Shown one piece after another: positions 13,101 to 26,000 of a DNA stretch of 64,000 nucleotides. Under the pieces are notes generated by a model, which did no database searches, had not been told where the DNA came from, and saw nothing but the letters and a program-made list of their open reading frames with translations. This stretch comes from Macrostomum lignano. Taxonomy: Eukaryota. The stretch lies in the NCBI GenBank assembly GCA_002269645.1, contig NIVC01000176.1:770367-834366 (forward strand), written 5' to 3'. The position numbers and the translations under genes are program-made. Position 1 is the stretch's first letter, and the number at the start of each line of letters is the position of its first letter.

Positions 13101-16100
13101 GAATCTGTCACCCTCAATCTACAGAATCTGTCACCCTCAATCTACAGAATCTGTCACCCCAATCTACAGAACCTGTCACCCTAATCTACAGAACCTGTCA
13201 CCCTAATCTACAGAATCTGTCACCCCAATCTACAGAATCTGTCACCCCAATCTACAGAACCTGTCACTCTAATCTACAGAACCTGTCACCCAAATCTACA
13301 GAACCTGTCACCCAAATCTACAGAATCTGTCACTCTAATTTACAGAACCTGTCACTCTAATCTACAGAACCTGTCACCCCAATCTACAGAACCTGTCACC
13401 CCAATCTACAGAACCTGTCACCCCAATCTACAGAATCTGTCACCCCAATCTACAGAATCTGTCACCCTAATCTACAGAATCTGTCACCCTAATCTACAGA
13501 ACCTGTCACCCCAATCTACAGAACCTGTCACTTTAATCTACAGAACCTGTCACTCTAATCTACAGAACCTGTCACCCAAATCTACAGAATCGGTCACTCT
13601 AATTTACAGAACCTGTCACTCTAATCTACAGAACCTGTCACCCCAATCTGCAGAATCTGTCACCCCAATCCACAGAACCTGCAGCTCAGTCTCACCCCAA
13701 GCGGTCAGGCTGGTGACCTCGCTGCTCCCCAGCCCCGAGTCCGCAAAACTGGCCGCTCTAGCGGGTCTCTTCGCTCGCGCAGCCTCCTTGACAGAAGATG
13801 CAGCTGATGAGGTCCTTTCCTGCTCCGTCTCAACTTTTTCCTCCGCAGCCTCCTTCTCAGCTTCATCCGGGTTTTGAGGCAGGTTTTTCAACCGAACCAT
13901 CAGGTCGCTTTCGAACAGCTGCACCACCGGCTCGTCCCGTGCCAGCAGCGCCTCCTCATCCTGTCTGACCATCCCGGAAGATTCTCGAGAGGCCAAAGCC
14001 AGGGCGGAGTCGGCGGCGGCTGCAGAGGACTTCTCAGCTTCAGCCTTCGCCGCTTCGGCAGCTGCGGCGGTGGCGGCAGCGGCAGCGGCGGCCGCGGCGG
14101 CCTCTTGAAGGCGGACATCGAGTTCTTGACGAACGGTGTTCCACCTCTGAATTGGGGAAGGAGTGGGATTGGAATTGAATTAGCAATCCCATGTGAGATA
14201 GATTAGCAATCCCATGTGAGATAGATTAGCAATCCATGTGAGATAGATTAGCAGTCCATGTGAGATAGATTAGCAATCCCATGTGAGATAGATTAGCAAT
14301 CCCATGTGAGATAGATTAGCAATCCCATGTGAGATAGATTAGCAATCCCATGTGAAATAGATTAGCTATTCACTCTGTTCCCACGTTCACCTCTTTCAGT
14401 CTGGCGATATCCTTGTAGCCCAGGAACTCCAGCAGATCAACGGTTTGATCTCCTTTGATGAGCATCAGCTTGAGTCGCTGCTCAGACAGAACGCCAGCTT
14501 CCTCGCTCTGTTCGAATATGGTTGCCATGTGACTGATGAGCTGGTCCTCCACGGATTTGTGTAGTTCTGGCTCGAGATCTAGTTGCCTGCGATTTGAAGC
14601 CGGGGTAGACGGAGAGTTAAGTTGAGTAGACATAGACACTGAGTTGGTGGAAATGAGAATTGAGTAGAGTGGTGAGTAGAGTGGTGAGTAGAGTGGTGAG
14701 TAGAGTGGTGAGTTGATTAGGGAGTAGAGTGGTGAGTAGAGTGTTGAGTAGAGTGGTGAGTTGATTAGGGAGTAGAGTGGTGAGTAGAGTGGTCAGTAGA
14801 GTGGTGAGTAGAGTGGTGAGTTGATTAGGGAGTAGAGTGGTGAGTAGAGTGTTGAGTAGAGTGGTGAGTTGATTAGGGAGTAGAGTGGTGAGTAGAGTGG
14901 TCAGTAGAGTGGTGAGTAGAGTGGTGAGTAGAGTGGTAAGTAGAGTGGTGAATAGAGTAGTGAGTAGAATGGTGAGTAGAGTGGTGAGTAGAGTGGTGAG
15001 TAGAGTGGTGAGTAGAGTGGTGAGTAGAGTGGTGAGTAGAGTGGTGAGTAGAGTGGTGAGTAGAGTGGTGAGTAGAGTGGTGAGTAGAGTGGTGAGTAGA
15101 GTGGTTAGAAGAGTGGTTAGTAGAGTGGTGAGTAGAGTGGTTAGAAGAGTGGTGAGTAGAGTGGTGAGTAGAGTGCTGAGTAGAGTGATGAGTAGAGTGG
15201 TGAGAACAATCACTCACCTCTTAATATCCCGCACTCTGTCGCACATGGCCAGGTGATCCCAGCCGCTAACTGTAAACTTCATCAACGTGAGCAGGCCCCT
15301 AGTAACTGGTTCTTTCTCCGCTGGTGGTACCTCAGCCATTGTAAACCAGGGCTCGGCCAGGATCTGCTCCAGCAAAGAGTCGGCAGTTGTCGACACTACA
15401 TTAGCAGCAGGTTTTGTTCCGTCATCGCCGAACTGAACACGGCGAGTCCGTTCAGCTGACGACCTTCCGCCTGTTTGCGGCTCTGTCTGCCGCGTCAGCG
15501 GCTGCACCTCAGGCAGCGGCGGCGGCTGCTGCGTCTGTCGATCGGCTGCCGATCCGGCAGATGTCGGCGTCTTGAGTATCGACTGCGGCGGTGGCGGCTG
15601 TTGCGGATGCGGCTGCTGAGGCTCAGGTGGCTGAGCCGCCTGATTGGCTGGCTCTTCTTTTGGCTGAGAGTTGCAGAAGAGTTTTTATAGATGTAGATGG
15701 GATAAACGTCTAATTAGATGACGTGAAAGAGCACTAGATTACTTAAAAGCACACTAGATAAGCTAAAAGTACACTAGATAAGATAAAAAGTGCACTAGAT
15801 GAGATAAAAGTACACTAGATGAGATAAAGTACACTCGATAAGATAAAGGTACACTAGATACGATAAAAGTGCACTAGACGAGTAAGAAGTACACTAGATG
15901 AGATTAACGTACACTAGATAAGATAAAAGTACACTAGATAAGATAAAAGTCCACTAGATAAGATAAAAGTACACTAGATAAGATAAAAGTACACTAGATG
16001 AGATAAAAGTACACTAGATAAGATAAAAGTCCGCTAAATGAGATAAAAGTACACTAGATAAGATAAAAGTCCGCTAAATGAGATAAAAGTACACTAGATA

Positions 16101-17947
16101 AGATAAAAGTCCGCTAAATGAGATAAAGTATACTAGATGACAAAGTCAGATAAAGTTAATATGGTAAGTGGGGATAAAATCCTAAGAAATCCCTAAAAAC
16201 CGAACACTCACCTCGGACACCTGAGTCTGTCCCGACTTGCCCTTCCCAGTTCCGGGCATCGTCAGTTTCTTCGTCTTCTTAACGATCGGCTTCCTGGCCT
16301 TCTTTTTCGCCACTTTCTGTTGCTCCTGCGGCGGCTGCTCCTCCTTTGGCGTCTCCGTCGATGGCAGCTCCGTCGTCACCGGCGTCGCTTCGCGCGTAGT
16401 CGCAGCCGGGGTCGCCGACTTGACGACCGGATCCTCTGTGTCGGGACTGACGGCGGCGGTGGTGACCTCCTCCGGTGGCGCCGCCGGCACTGGAGCGCTA
16501 ATTGGCGGCAGGGTGCGCAAGTTGATCTGCCGCTGCTGTCGCGGCTCCTTCGGCGGCGTCGGCGCCTCCTCGGCTCGGCTGGGCGCCTGCGATTGCTGCT
16601 GCGACGCTCGGCTGCCGGCCGCCGCCGCCGCCTCGGCCGCCGCCTTCTGCTGCATCTCCTCGAGCATCTGGCGCCGCTTCTCCAGGGCGGTCTCGAGGTC
16701 GGCGAGGCTCGCGCCGTTCAGCCAGTCGCGCTCGGCCTCGGCCAGCTGCTGCTGACGGGCGCGCTCGGCCGTGTCAGCGCTGTTCAGCGAGCGGCGCCGG
16801 CGAGGTGCGTCCTGGGTAGGGGATTGGGGATGTGAAGATGTGTGGATTCCAGGAATAGGTGAATGATTCTTCAAGTGGGTCAAGGAATCTTGGAATAGGT
16901 CAATAATTCTTCGATTGGGTCAAGGATTCTTGTAATGAGTCAAGGATTCTTCAAGTAAGTCAAGTATTCCTTGAATGGGTCAAGAATTTTTTTATTTGGT
17001 CATGGATTCGTCAAGTGGGTCAAAGATTCTTGGAATGGGCCAACTTTAAAGATCATCAAGACATATTCTAAGTTATTTTGGACTCAAGTGTTATACTTCT
17101 GTCCCGTTTGAGAGGCATGAAAGATAAATAGAAAGTATTCGAAAAAAGTTATAAACAGTATCAAACTCACGCCGAATTGCGTCATCAGATCGCCTGCCTT
17201 GGGTTCGTACAGATCTCGGATTACGGAGTTGGGAATTTCACCTGGTTTTATGATAGAAATTGGCTGTTTGAATTGGTTCCTCTGTATAGTGAACTAAATA
17301 GATATTGATCGATAAAGAGTGAGATAGAGATCGGTAGAGAGGGAGATAGAGATCGGTAGAGAGGGAGATAGATATCGGTAGAGAGGGAGACAGAGATCGG
17401 TAGAGAGGGAGACAGAGATCGGTAGAGAGGGATATAGAGATCGGTAGAGAGGGAGATAGAGATCGGTAGAGAGGGAGACAGAGATCGGTAGAGAGGGAGA
17501 TAGATATCGGTAGAGAGGGAGACAGAGATCGGTAGAGAGGGAGATAGATATCGGTAGAGAGGGAGACAGAGATCGGTAGAGAGGGAGATAGATATCGGTA
17601 GAGAGGGATATAGAGATCGGTAGAGAGGGAGACAGAGATCGGTAGAGAGGGAGATAGATATCGGTAGAGAGAGACAGAGACCTGCAGAGAAGTGACACAA
17701 ATCTGCAGTGATCCTCAAGCAGCTCACAGTCAGGCGCCACCGGGTAGCGACTCCGTGGCGCCGCCCGCGGCCGTCCCGCCCGCAGGTCCCAGGCCAGGTC
17801 CAGCTGGCAGGCTCGCGCCAGTTCGACTTTCCGGCCGGGCGGGTAGCCGAGGGTGGCCGCGGCAGGCCAGACCGGAACTGCAGGTGCCGGAGAAGCCGAA
17901 GGCGAGGGCGAAGCCGCTGCAGAGCTCTTCTGAGTTGCGGAAGCCAT
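7176..17947 (-). CDS. Gene A: 10-exon uncharacterised ~1030 aa low-complexity protein (Ala/Gln/Pro/Ser-rich, central helical/coiled-coil segment)
   Basis: Hand-assembled exons (minus strand): 17728-17947, 17171-17241, 16212-16811, 15218-15663, 14391-14586, 13696-14146, 11281-11678, 10995-11113, 7804-8327, 7176-7243. All introns are GT-AG with matching phases and the total of 3093 nt is divisible by 3. The protein starts MASATQKSS and ends VQKQVELSLSRSSTSLQNLSAV*. No domain recognised. Confidence 0.75.
7497..7810. repeat. 34-bp minisatellite (~9 copies) that contains the exon-9 splice donor of gene A
   Basis: Unit ccggacacaatccccgccggacagcccgcactca. On the minus strand each copy reads GTGTCCG|GTGAGTGCG, identical to the real junction at 7804/7803. 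Confidence 0.9.
8462..9708. repeat. 12-bp minisatellite (gatagacaggta)n in a gene A intron
   Basis: About 100 tandem copies with variants. Confidence 0.95.
10430..10968. repeat. ~28-bp minisatellite (cccaccaccccattttctccactccaga) in a gene A intron
   Basis: About 18 diverged copies. The minus strand carries G-runs (TGGGGTGGTGGG). Confidence 0.9.
11680..12835. repeat. 21-bp minisatellite (tctatagaatctagtgtgtga)n
   Basis: About 55 copies abutting the exon-7 acceptor of gene A. Confidence 0.95.
12893..13678. repeat. 22-23-bp minisatellite (aatctacagaatctgtcacccc)n
   Basis: About 35 copies abutting the exon-6 donor of gene A. Confidence 0.95.
14180..14366. repeat. 23-bp minisatellite (gagatagattagcaatcccatgt)n
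   Basis: About 8 copies filling gene A intron 5. Confidence 0.9.
14660..15204. repeat. 12-bp minisatellite (agtagagtggtg)n
   Basis: About 45 copies filling gene A intron 4. Confidence 0.95.
15730..16140. repeat. 20-bp minisatellite (agtacactagataagataaa)n
   Basis: About 20 copies in gene A intron 3. Confidence 0.9.
16850..17045. repeat. Degenerate ~20-bp repeat (caaggattcttcaagtgggt-like)
   Basis: About 9 diverged copies in gene A intron 2. Confidence 0.7.
17310..17680. repeat. 22-bp minisatellite (gagagggagacagagatcggta)n
   Basis: About 16 copies in gene A intron 1. Confidence 0.93.
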
Positions 17948-18874
17948 GTCGTCAATCTCCGGCTCCTTTGTCGCTCAAACTGCTTGAGTCCTCTCTGTTG
18001 TTCAAGCTTTTATTTGGCGAAAAAAGACAAAGAACTGCACGAATTTGTGGATTTCTGCTTCTGTTCTCTGCCGGAGGAGGAGGGGTGGCTGATGCTTTCT
18101 GTCCATATCCCTCCTCTCTCTCCCTCTACCCGTAGCCCATTGTTTCTCACGTGAAGCAGAAGACTGGGCCTTGTCCCCCCCACGCTGTAACCAAGGAGAG
18201 CAGGCGGTTCTGTTTCAAGGGACAGAAAGTGACGGGAGGGCGCAATCCAATCTTGATCTGCCTCCCCCACTGCTCCAGTGTACGCCTGTGCTCAAACAGT
18301 TGAGGTCTGTCCCCTTCCTCTCCCCCTGTCTCTCTCTTTTTTCCGAGTTGCCATGGTTTCCATGGCTTATGCTAAAGCTCTCTTCTCTAGACCATTCTCA
18401 TCTGTTTCTATAACCAGCCTATCTGGCTAATTTTGATACAAGCTTTTTGTGTCAACAGCTCTCGCATTGAGTCTACACTTGAGTCTGTCTCTTGAGCGCA
18501 GTGTGAGCTGTTTATATTCTGCGATTTTTTCCATGTTTTCATTTCTTAGCTCGCAAAAGAAAGTGAAAGTTCTTTACTGGGGCTGCAAAATCGTATGTAT
18601 GAGTCCCGACTGGAGTCTCTGTGTGGGCCAGTAATTACACAGACTATAAATAAGAAAGTGAATATTTTACCTGTCAGCTGGGTACCCCCCGCGGAGATAA
18701 TTGTGGTGGCGCTGATTTACGAGTTAAAAAAATATTTTTTGTTTTTATTACTCTTCTATTTCTTGGAAAGAGCTCTGTTGGCTTCAGTATTGATTGTGTA
18801 TTGTGTATCAAAAGAATAATTTAGATTTCTAGAGACCCGAAATGCATTCAAAGAGAAGAGACCGAGTGTCTGAC

Positions 18875-19295
18875 TGAGGTGTCCGAAAAAATTGATAGGT
18901 GTCCGATAGATTTAAGAGGTGTCCGAACTATTCAAATGGTGTCCGAAAGATTAGGGAAGTGTCCGAAAGATTAGGGAGGTGTCCGAAAGATTAGGGAGGT
19001 GTCCGAAAGATTAGGGAGGTGTCCGAAAGAGTAAGGAGGTGTTCGAAAGATTAGAGAGGTGTCCGAAAGAGTAAGGAGGTGTCCGAAAGATTAGGGAGGT
19101 GTCCGAAAGAGTAAGGAGGTGTCTGAAAGATTAGGGAGGTGTCCGATAGATTCGGGAGGTGTTCGAAAGATTACAGAGGTGTCCGAAAGAGCACTGGGGT
19201 ATCCGAAAGATCACAGGCGTGTCCGAAAGATCACTGGGGTGTCCGAAAGATCACTGGGGTGTCCGAAAGATCAATGCGGTGTCCGAAAGATCACT
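18875..19295. repeat. 20-bp minisatellite (gtgtccgaaagattagggag)n, intergenic between genes A and B
   Basis: About 20 copies sharing the gtgtccgaaaga core. Confidence 0.9.
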
Positions 19296-19492
19296 AGGAG
19301 CGATTAATGAACTTTAAGGAGAATAAAACTCAATGACTCAAAACTGTGTTTCGAGAAAATTAAAGATTTTTTGTACTGCAATCAGCAATTTGATTTAAAT
19401 ATATTTGGTTTCAGGAAAGTCAGCTGACAGCAATTAATTTCTATCCATACTGGCATTCTACTGGAAACAGGAAAATTTAATATTTGATCGCA

Positions 19493-19498
19493 TTTATT
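19493..19498 (-). terminator. Candidate polyadenylation signal of gene B
   Basis: AATAAA on the minus strand ~125 nt downstream of the gene B stop codon. Confidence 0.4.
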
Positions 19499-19620
19499 AA
19501 TATTTGCACCGACAAGCCTAATGGTTAATTAAGTATTGTGATTCGAAAAAACGTAACAAAAGTTTCGAGCTCTTAAAAAATGTGAAAAAAGTCTGATTGT
19601 CCAAAAGTGCGCCGCAGGCG

Positions 19621-19845
19621 TCAGCACTGATTGTCCAGGTAGTAAATGGTGACGGAGCCGTCAATGCTGGCCTCATTGCCACCGGTGACGCTTGAGCACG
19701 AGTTGCTCAGAGCCATGGTGGCGTTGCAGAACGAGCCGCCTCCGCCCCCGGCCTGCAGCGAAGAATTTTAATGCCATTGCCAATAACTCTACTGTTAGTA
19801 GTGTGCTAATCTGTGCCTTCAATATTAATACGACTGATACTACAA

Positions 19846-19915
<70 letters not shown>

Positions 19916-19978
19916 ATGATAATAATACTACTACTAGTACTACTACTACTACTACTACTAATGATAATAATACTACTA

Positions 19979-20056
<78 letters not shown>

Positions 20057-23000
20057 TTACTACCACTACTACTACTGCTACTAACATTAATAATAATACT
20101 ACTACTAGTACTACTACTAATACTACTACTACTACTCACCTGCTTGTCGTGGGTGCCGGCGCCGCCGCCGCTGTAGCCGCCGCCGCCGCCGCTGGCGCCG
20201 TTGTCTTCGCTGCCGCCGCCGCCACCGCCAAAGCCACCAACGGCGCCAGGATTCATTCCGCCGGGTTCGCCGCCAACGAACGGCTCCCTGGTGCCGGACA
20301 GTGGACCGCCGTGTCCGGCGCCGCCGTGCTCGGGTCCGGCGCGCCTGGCGCCACCGCTGAGCCAGCCGGCGCCGCAGCCGCCGTGGTAGCTGGCGGCCTC
20401 CGTGTTGGTCCAGCCGGCGCTACCGTTGAAGCCGCCCCGGCCAGTCTGGCCGAGATTCGGTCCGGACGAGTCGGTGCCGTTCGTGCCGGCCTGTCCGGGG
20501 ACGCCGGTAAGGGTGTAGCTGGCGCCGCCGCCGCCGCCAGCGGCCAGGTAGAGGACCAGCGAGCGCGGGTTGTAGACAAAACTGCCGCCGCCACCGCCCG
20601 TGCCAGCATTGTCTTCGATCTGGATTTTCAAGGGTACAGTCCAATGTCACATCTCTGGAATTCTCTATGGTCTTTTCCTAGGGATTTTCCAAAATCGTGT
20701 TTCAGGATAGGGAGTTTCCATTGTCGTGACCCAGGGATTTACCAAGTTCACATTTCAGGAATTTCCCATTGTCGTGTCACAGGGATTTGCCAAGGTCATA
20801 TTCCAGGAATTTTCCAGTGTCGTGTCCCAGGGATTTGCCAAGGTCATATTCCAGGAATTTTCCAGTGTCGTGTCCCAGGGATTTGCCAAGGTCATATTCC
20901 ACGAATTTTCCAGTGTCGTATCCCAGGGATTTGCCAAGGTCATATTCCAGGAATTTTCTACGGTCTCTTTCTAGGGAGTTTCCTAGGGATGCTAGCAATA
21001 GGCGTTGCTAGTTTGGTTTTAGGAGTTACGATCCTTTGTGTTTGTGATGTTTCGGGTTTATGATTTCGGGAGTTGTCTCTTCTAGGGTTTGTGATGAAAC
21101 CCTCCCCCCGCCCTTACGTGAGGAAAGAGGCGAGAGCCAATCAGAAGGCAGCGAGGGGGAGAGAAGAATAACAAGACTGAACCAGACAGAGAGGGAGAGA
21201 AATAAGAATAACAGGACTGAACCAGACAGAGAGGGAGAGAGATAAGAATAACAAGACTGAACCAGACAGAGAGGGAGAGAGATAAGAATAACAAGACTGA
21301 ACCAGACAGAGAGGGAGAGAGATAAGAATAACAGGACTGAACCAGACAGAGAGGGAGAGAGATAAGAATAACAAGACTGAACCAGACAGAGAGGGAGAGA
21401 GATAAGAATAACAAGACTGAACCAGACAGAGAGGGAGAGAGAACAGAGTAAACAGAGGCCAATAGCAGATGAACTGAAGAAAGTCGCTGAAAAAAGTACT
21501 TTTCAAATCCAAAAGTAAAGAAAATCTAGAAAGAAAGCATTACCGACGGCCGACGAGAAGGCGAAACTTCGCTAGAATTGCCTCCATGTTGGCCGACAAC
21601 AATGGCCAGCATCTGGCCGCGCTCCAGGCGGAATTTGCCTCGCGCCGAGGCGCCCCGTCCACCGAGCCAGGTGCCGCCGCCCGAGTTTCCGTAGCTGGTC
21701 GAGTGGTTGCCACCCGCCGCGCCTGCGGCCGAGATTTCAAAGCAGCCAGTTTTTGGCACAAAATATCTGATGATGCTCCCTGTGGCGCCCTGGCCTGTGG
21801 CGTCGAATCGAACATCTAAAAAATGCCGGCGCTTTCTTATCATACTACTTTCCCGCCATAGGTCTTCAGTAGCATAATCAGCGCTTTTTTATCTCACTCA
21901 CATCTTGGCGCAGTGCAGAAATAATCCACCTCAATGCGCATCATACCGCCGCTGAAGGAGAAACACTCGTCTGGGATAATGTCCTGGGATCGAATCGCAT
22001 TCTGGAGGAACGGGTCCATCAGCCAGGTCGTGTCCAGCTGGCAGCCTTCTTCTGTCTTCTTGCAGCTGCGGTTGTTTCCGGTTGAGGTGTCGGGAACTGC
22101 GTCCTTGACCCATCTGATCACTGACCCCTGTCAGATCCCTGAGGCATCTGATCACTGACCCTGTACTGACCCCTATCAGATCCTTGACCTGTCTGATCAC
22201 TGAACCCTATCAGATCCTTGACCCATCTGATCACTGACCCCTATCAGATCCTTGACCCATCTGATCACTGACTCCTATCAGATCCTTGACCCATCTGATC
22301 ACTGACCCCTATCAGATCCTTGACTCATCTGATCACTGACCCCTATCAGATCCTTGACTCATCTGATCACTGACCCCTATCAGATCCTCCGATCCTTGAC
22401 CCCCTTATGACCCCTCCGATCCTTGACCCCCTAATGACCCCTTCGATCCTTGACTCCCTTATGACCCCTCCGATCCTTGACCCCCTTATGACCCCTCCGA
22501 TCCTTGACCTTTTCTATACTTGGCCCCTTCATATTCTTGACCCCCTCGTATTCTTAACCCCTCCTATACTTGACCCCCTCCGATCCTTGACCCCCTCCGA
22601 TCCTTGACCCCCTCCGATCCTTGACCCCCTCCGATCCTTGACCCCCTCTGATCCTTGACCCCCTCCGATCCTTGACCCCCGATCCTTGACCCCCGATCCT
22701 TGACCTTTCCTATACTTGACCCCTTCCTATTCCTGACCCCCCTTCGATCCTTGACCCCTGACCCACCTTTGATTATCGGCCCCCTCGGATTCTTGACCCC
22801 CTCTGACCCCTCCGACCCGAGCGACTCACTTGCGCCGAACCCTAGCAAGCGCGGTATGCGAGGTGCAGTTGTAGATGCTGCATCCGGCATCCTCCGCCAC
22901 CATCGCGGCCACAGCCGAGCTGCTGCGTCCCCGAGTGAGGTTCTCAAGCTTAACTGAGCACTTCAGCTTTGAGTAGCGCACCTGCAGGATGCCCATGGTT

Positions 23001-26000
23001 GAGCGCTCGCCGCAGACCAGCGGCGACTCCCGCCGGCCGTCAGTGTCGAACATGACCACAGTGTGAAGGGTCGAGTTGCCTGCGAAAGGTTGATGGAGTG
23101 AAATTTATTCTGTCACTCGCATGTCACTCCCTTTGCTAGAACTCCCACTGTCACTCCCATGCATTCTTTCTTTCTCCAATTCTGCCATTCTGATTCTGTC
23201 ACTGCCATTCTGTCACTCCTATTCTGTCACTTTCATTCTGTCACTCCCAGTTTGTCACTCCCATTCTGTCACTTTCATTTTGTCACTCCAATTCTGTCAC
23301 TCCAATTATGTCACTCCAATTCTGTCACTCCAATTCTGTCACTTCCATTCCGTCACTCCGGAACTCACCGCGGAAGCTGACGCACACCTCGCTAGAGTAT
23401 TTCTGCCCGTTGAGCACGTTCATCCCCTTGCAGCAGATGGGGTAGTAGAGATTCACGTGGGTCAGGCTCAGGCTCTGTCCTTTGGTCGCAACCAACTGAC
23501 TGGTCTGGATAATCCGCCAGGAATAGGTGACCTCCGGCATGCCCACATCCGCCTGGCAACTGAGGGTGTCCGATTTGTCGATGCTGCTGTCGTTGGTAAC
23601 GACTCGACCTGTGGCCGCATTGATTATACTGACTCGCCTGAGACCGGCTTTGTAGGCCACCTGGGTGGGGATTGAGAATTTTATTGCTTTGGGGAAATTT
23701 TGAAAGTACTGGATTCTTATAAAGATTTTAGAAAGTATCAGGAGACTACTGTAAGTGTCAGGATTCTACATTAGGTGTCAGGAGACTACAGTAGATGTCT
23801 GGAGACTAAAGTAGATGTCAGGAGACTGCAGTAGATGTCAGGAGACTACAGTAGATGTCAGGAGACTACAGTAGATGTCTGGAGACTACTGTAAGTGTCA
23901 GGATTCTACATTAGGTGTCAGGAGACTGCAGTAGATGTCAGGAGACTACAGTAGATGTCAGGAGACTACAGTAGATGTCAGGAGACTACAGTAGATGTCA
24001 GGAGACTACAGTAGATGTCAGGAGACTACAGTAGATGTCAGGAGACTACAGTAGATGTCAGGAGACTACAGTAGATGTCAGGAGACTACAGTTTCAGGAG
24101 GTTACAGTGTCAGGATTCTACAGTGTCAGGATTCTACAGGGAGTGTCAGGATTCTACAGTAAGTGTCAGGAGACTACAGTAGATGTCAGGAGACTACAGT
24201 TTCAGGAGGTTACAGTGTCAGGATTCTACAGTGTCAGGATTCTACAGGGAGTGTCAGGATTCTACAGTAAGTGTCAGGAGACTACAGTAGATGTCAGGAG
24301 ACTACAGTTTCAGGAGGTTACAGTGTCAGGATTCTACAGTGTCAGGATTCTACAGGGAGTGTCAGGATTCTACAGTAAGTGTCAGGAGACTACAGTAGAT
24401 GTCAGGATTCTACAGTGAATGTCAGGATTCTACAGTGAATGTCAGGATTCTACAGGGAGTGTCAGGATTCTACAGTAAGTGTCAGAAGTCTACACAGGTC
24501 CCCAGAAGACACAGGGATTTCAGGGATGTCAGGGATATCAGTGATGTCAGGAGATGTCAGGGGGTGTCAGGAATGTCAGGGGATGTCAGGGGTTGTCAGG
24601 AATGTCAGGGATGTCAGGGATGTCAGGAATGTCAGGGATGTCAGGGATGTCAGGGATGTCAGGAATGTCAGGGATGTCAGGGATGTCAGGTATGTCAGGG
24701 ATGCTAATGACACACCTTCAACCGTTGGGTCGCGGTCTCCAAAGTGAGCGGATCGTCAGCCCGGCACTCGAACGAGTCGGTGGCATTGTTCGCGTCGGGC
24801 TGGTAGGCCAGGTTCTGCCGGACAGTCAGGCTGCTGCCGTCGGCGCTCCAGTCGAATTCGAAGTCGGTGGGCAGCGAGGGCACTGCGGCACCGTTGCGGA
24901 ACAGAGTCAGCTGGGCCTGCTGGGGCGCGCTGGGCAACACGACCACCTGGCACGAGACGGTGTTGGCCTGCGACTTTAAAGGCGCGTCGCTGGCAGATTT
25001 CAGCTCGAGGGAAGCCTGCCGGGGTTCGAATTTTGTAGGATTTGTTTAAATGGGGTGCGTATATGACTTTTTGTTTATCTGCTTTGCTTTTACCTAATCA
25101 GGGGTCTATTAAATTTCCAAAGAAATTAACAATACTTTACAGTCGTCTGCAGTAGCAAGCATCAATCTACAATAGTAAAAATCAGACTACAGAAAACTAC
25201 AGTAAGCTACAGCATACTACAGTAAGTTACAGCATACTACAGTAAGCTACAGCATACTACAGTAGGCTACAGCATACTACAGTAAGTTACAGCATACTAC
25301 AGTAAGCTACAGCATACTACAGTAAGCTACAGCATACTACAGTAGGCTACAGCATAACTACAGTAAGCTACAGCATAACTACAGTAAGCTACAGCATAAC
25401 TACAGTAAGCTACAGCATACTACAGTAAGCTACAGAATAATACAGTAAGCTACAGCATAACTACAGTAAACTACAGCATAACTACAGTAAGCTACAGCAT
25501 AACTACAGTAGGCTACAGAATAATACAGTAAGCTAGAGCATACTACAGTAGGCTACAGCATAACTACAGTAAGCTACAGCATAACTACAGTAAGCTACAG
25601 CAAAACTACAGTAGGCTACAGCATAACTACAGTAAGCTACAGCATAACTACAGTAAGCTACAGCATACTACAGTAGGCTACAGCATAACTACAGTAAGCT
25701 ACAGCATAACTACAGTAGGCTACAGCATAACTACAGTAAGCTACAGCATAACTACAGTAAGCTACAGCATAACTACAGTAAGCTACAGCATAACTACAGT
25801 AAGCTACAGCATAACTACAGTAAGCTACAGCATAACTACAGTAGGCTACAGCATAACTACAGTAAGCTACAGCATAACTACAGTAAGCTACAGCATAACT
25901 ACAGTAGGCTACAGCATAACTACAGTAAGCTACAGCATAACTACAGTAAGCTACAGCATAACTACAGTAAGCTACAGCATAACTACAGTAGGCTACAGCA

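Noticed and set aside
15664-15709. Upstream alternative acceptor (TAATTAG|ACG at 15709) for gene A exon 4
   Set aside because: It is out of frame with the exon body. The acceptor at 15663 gives the correct phase.
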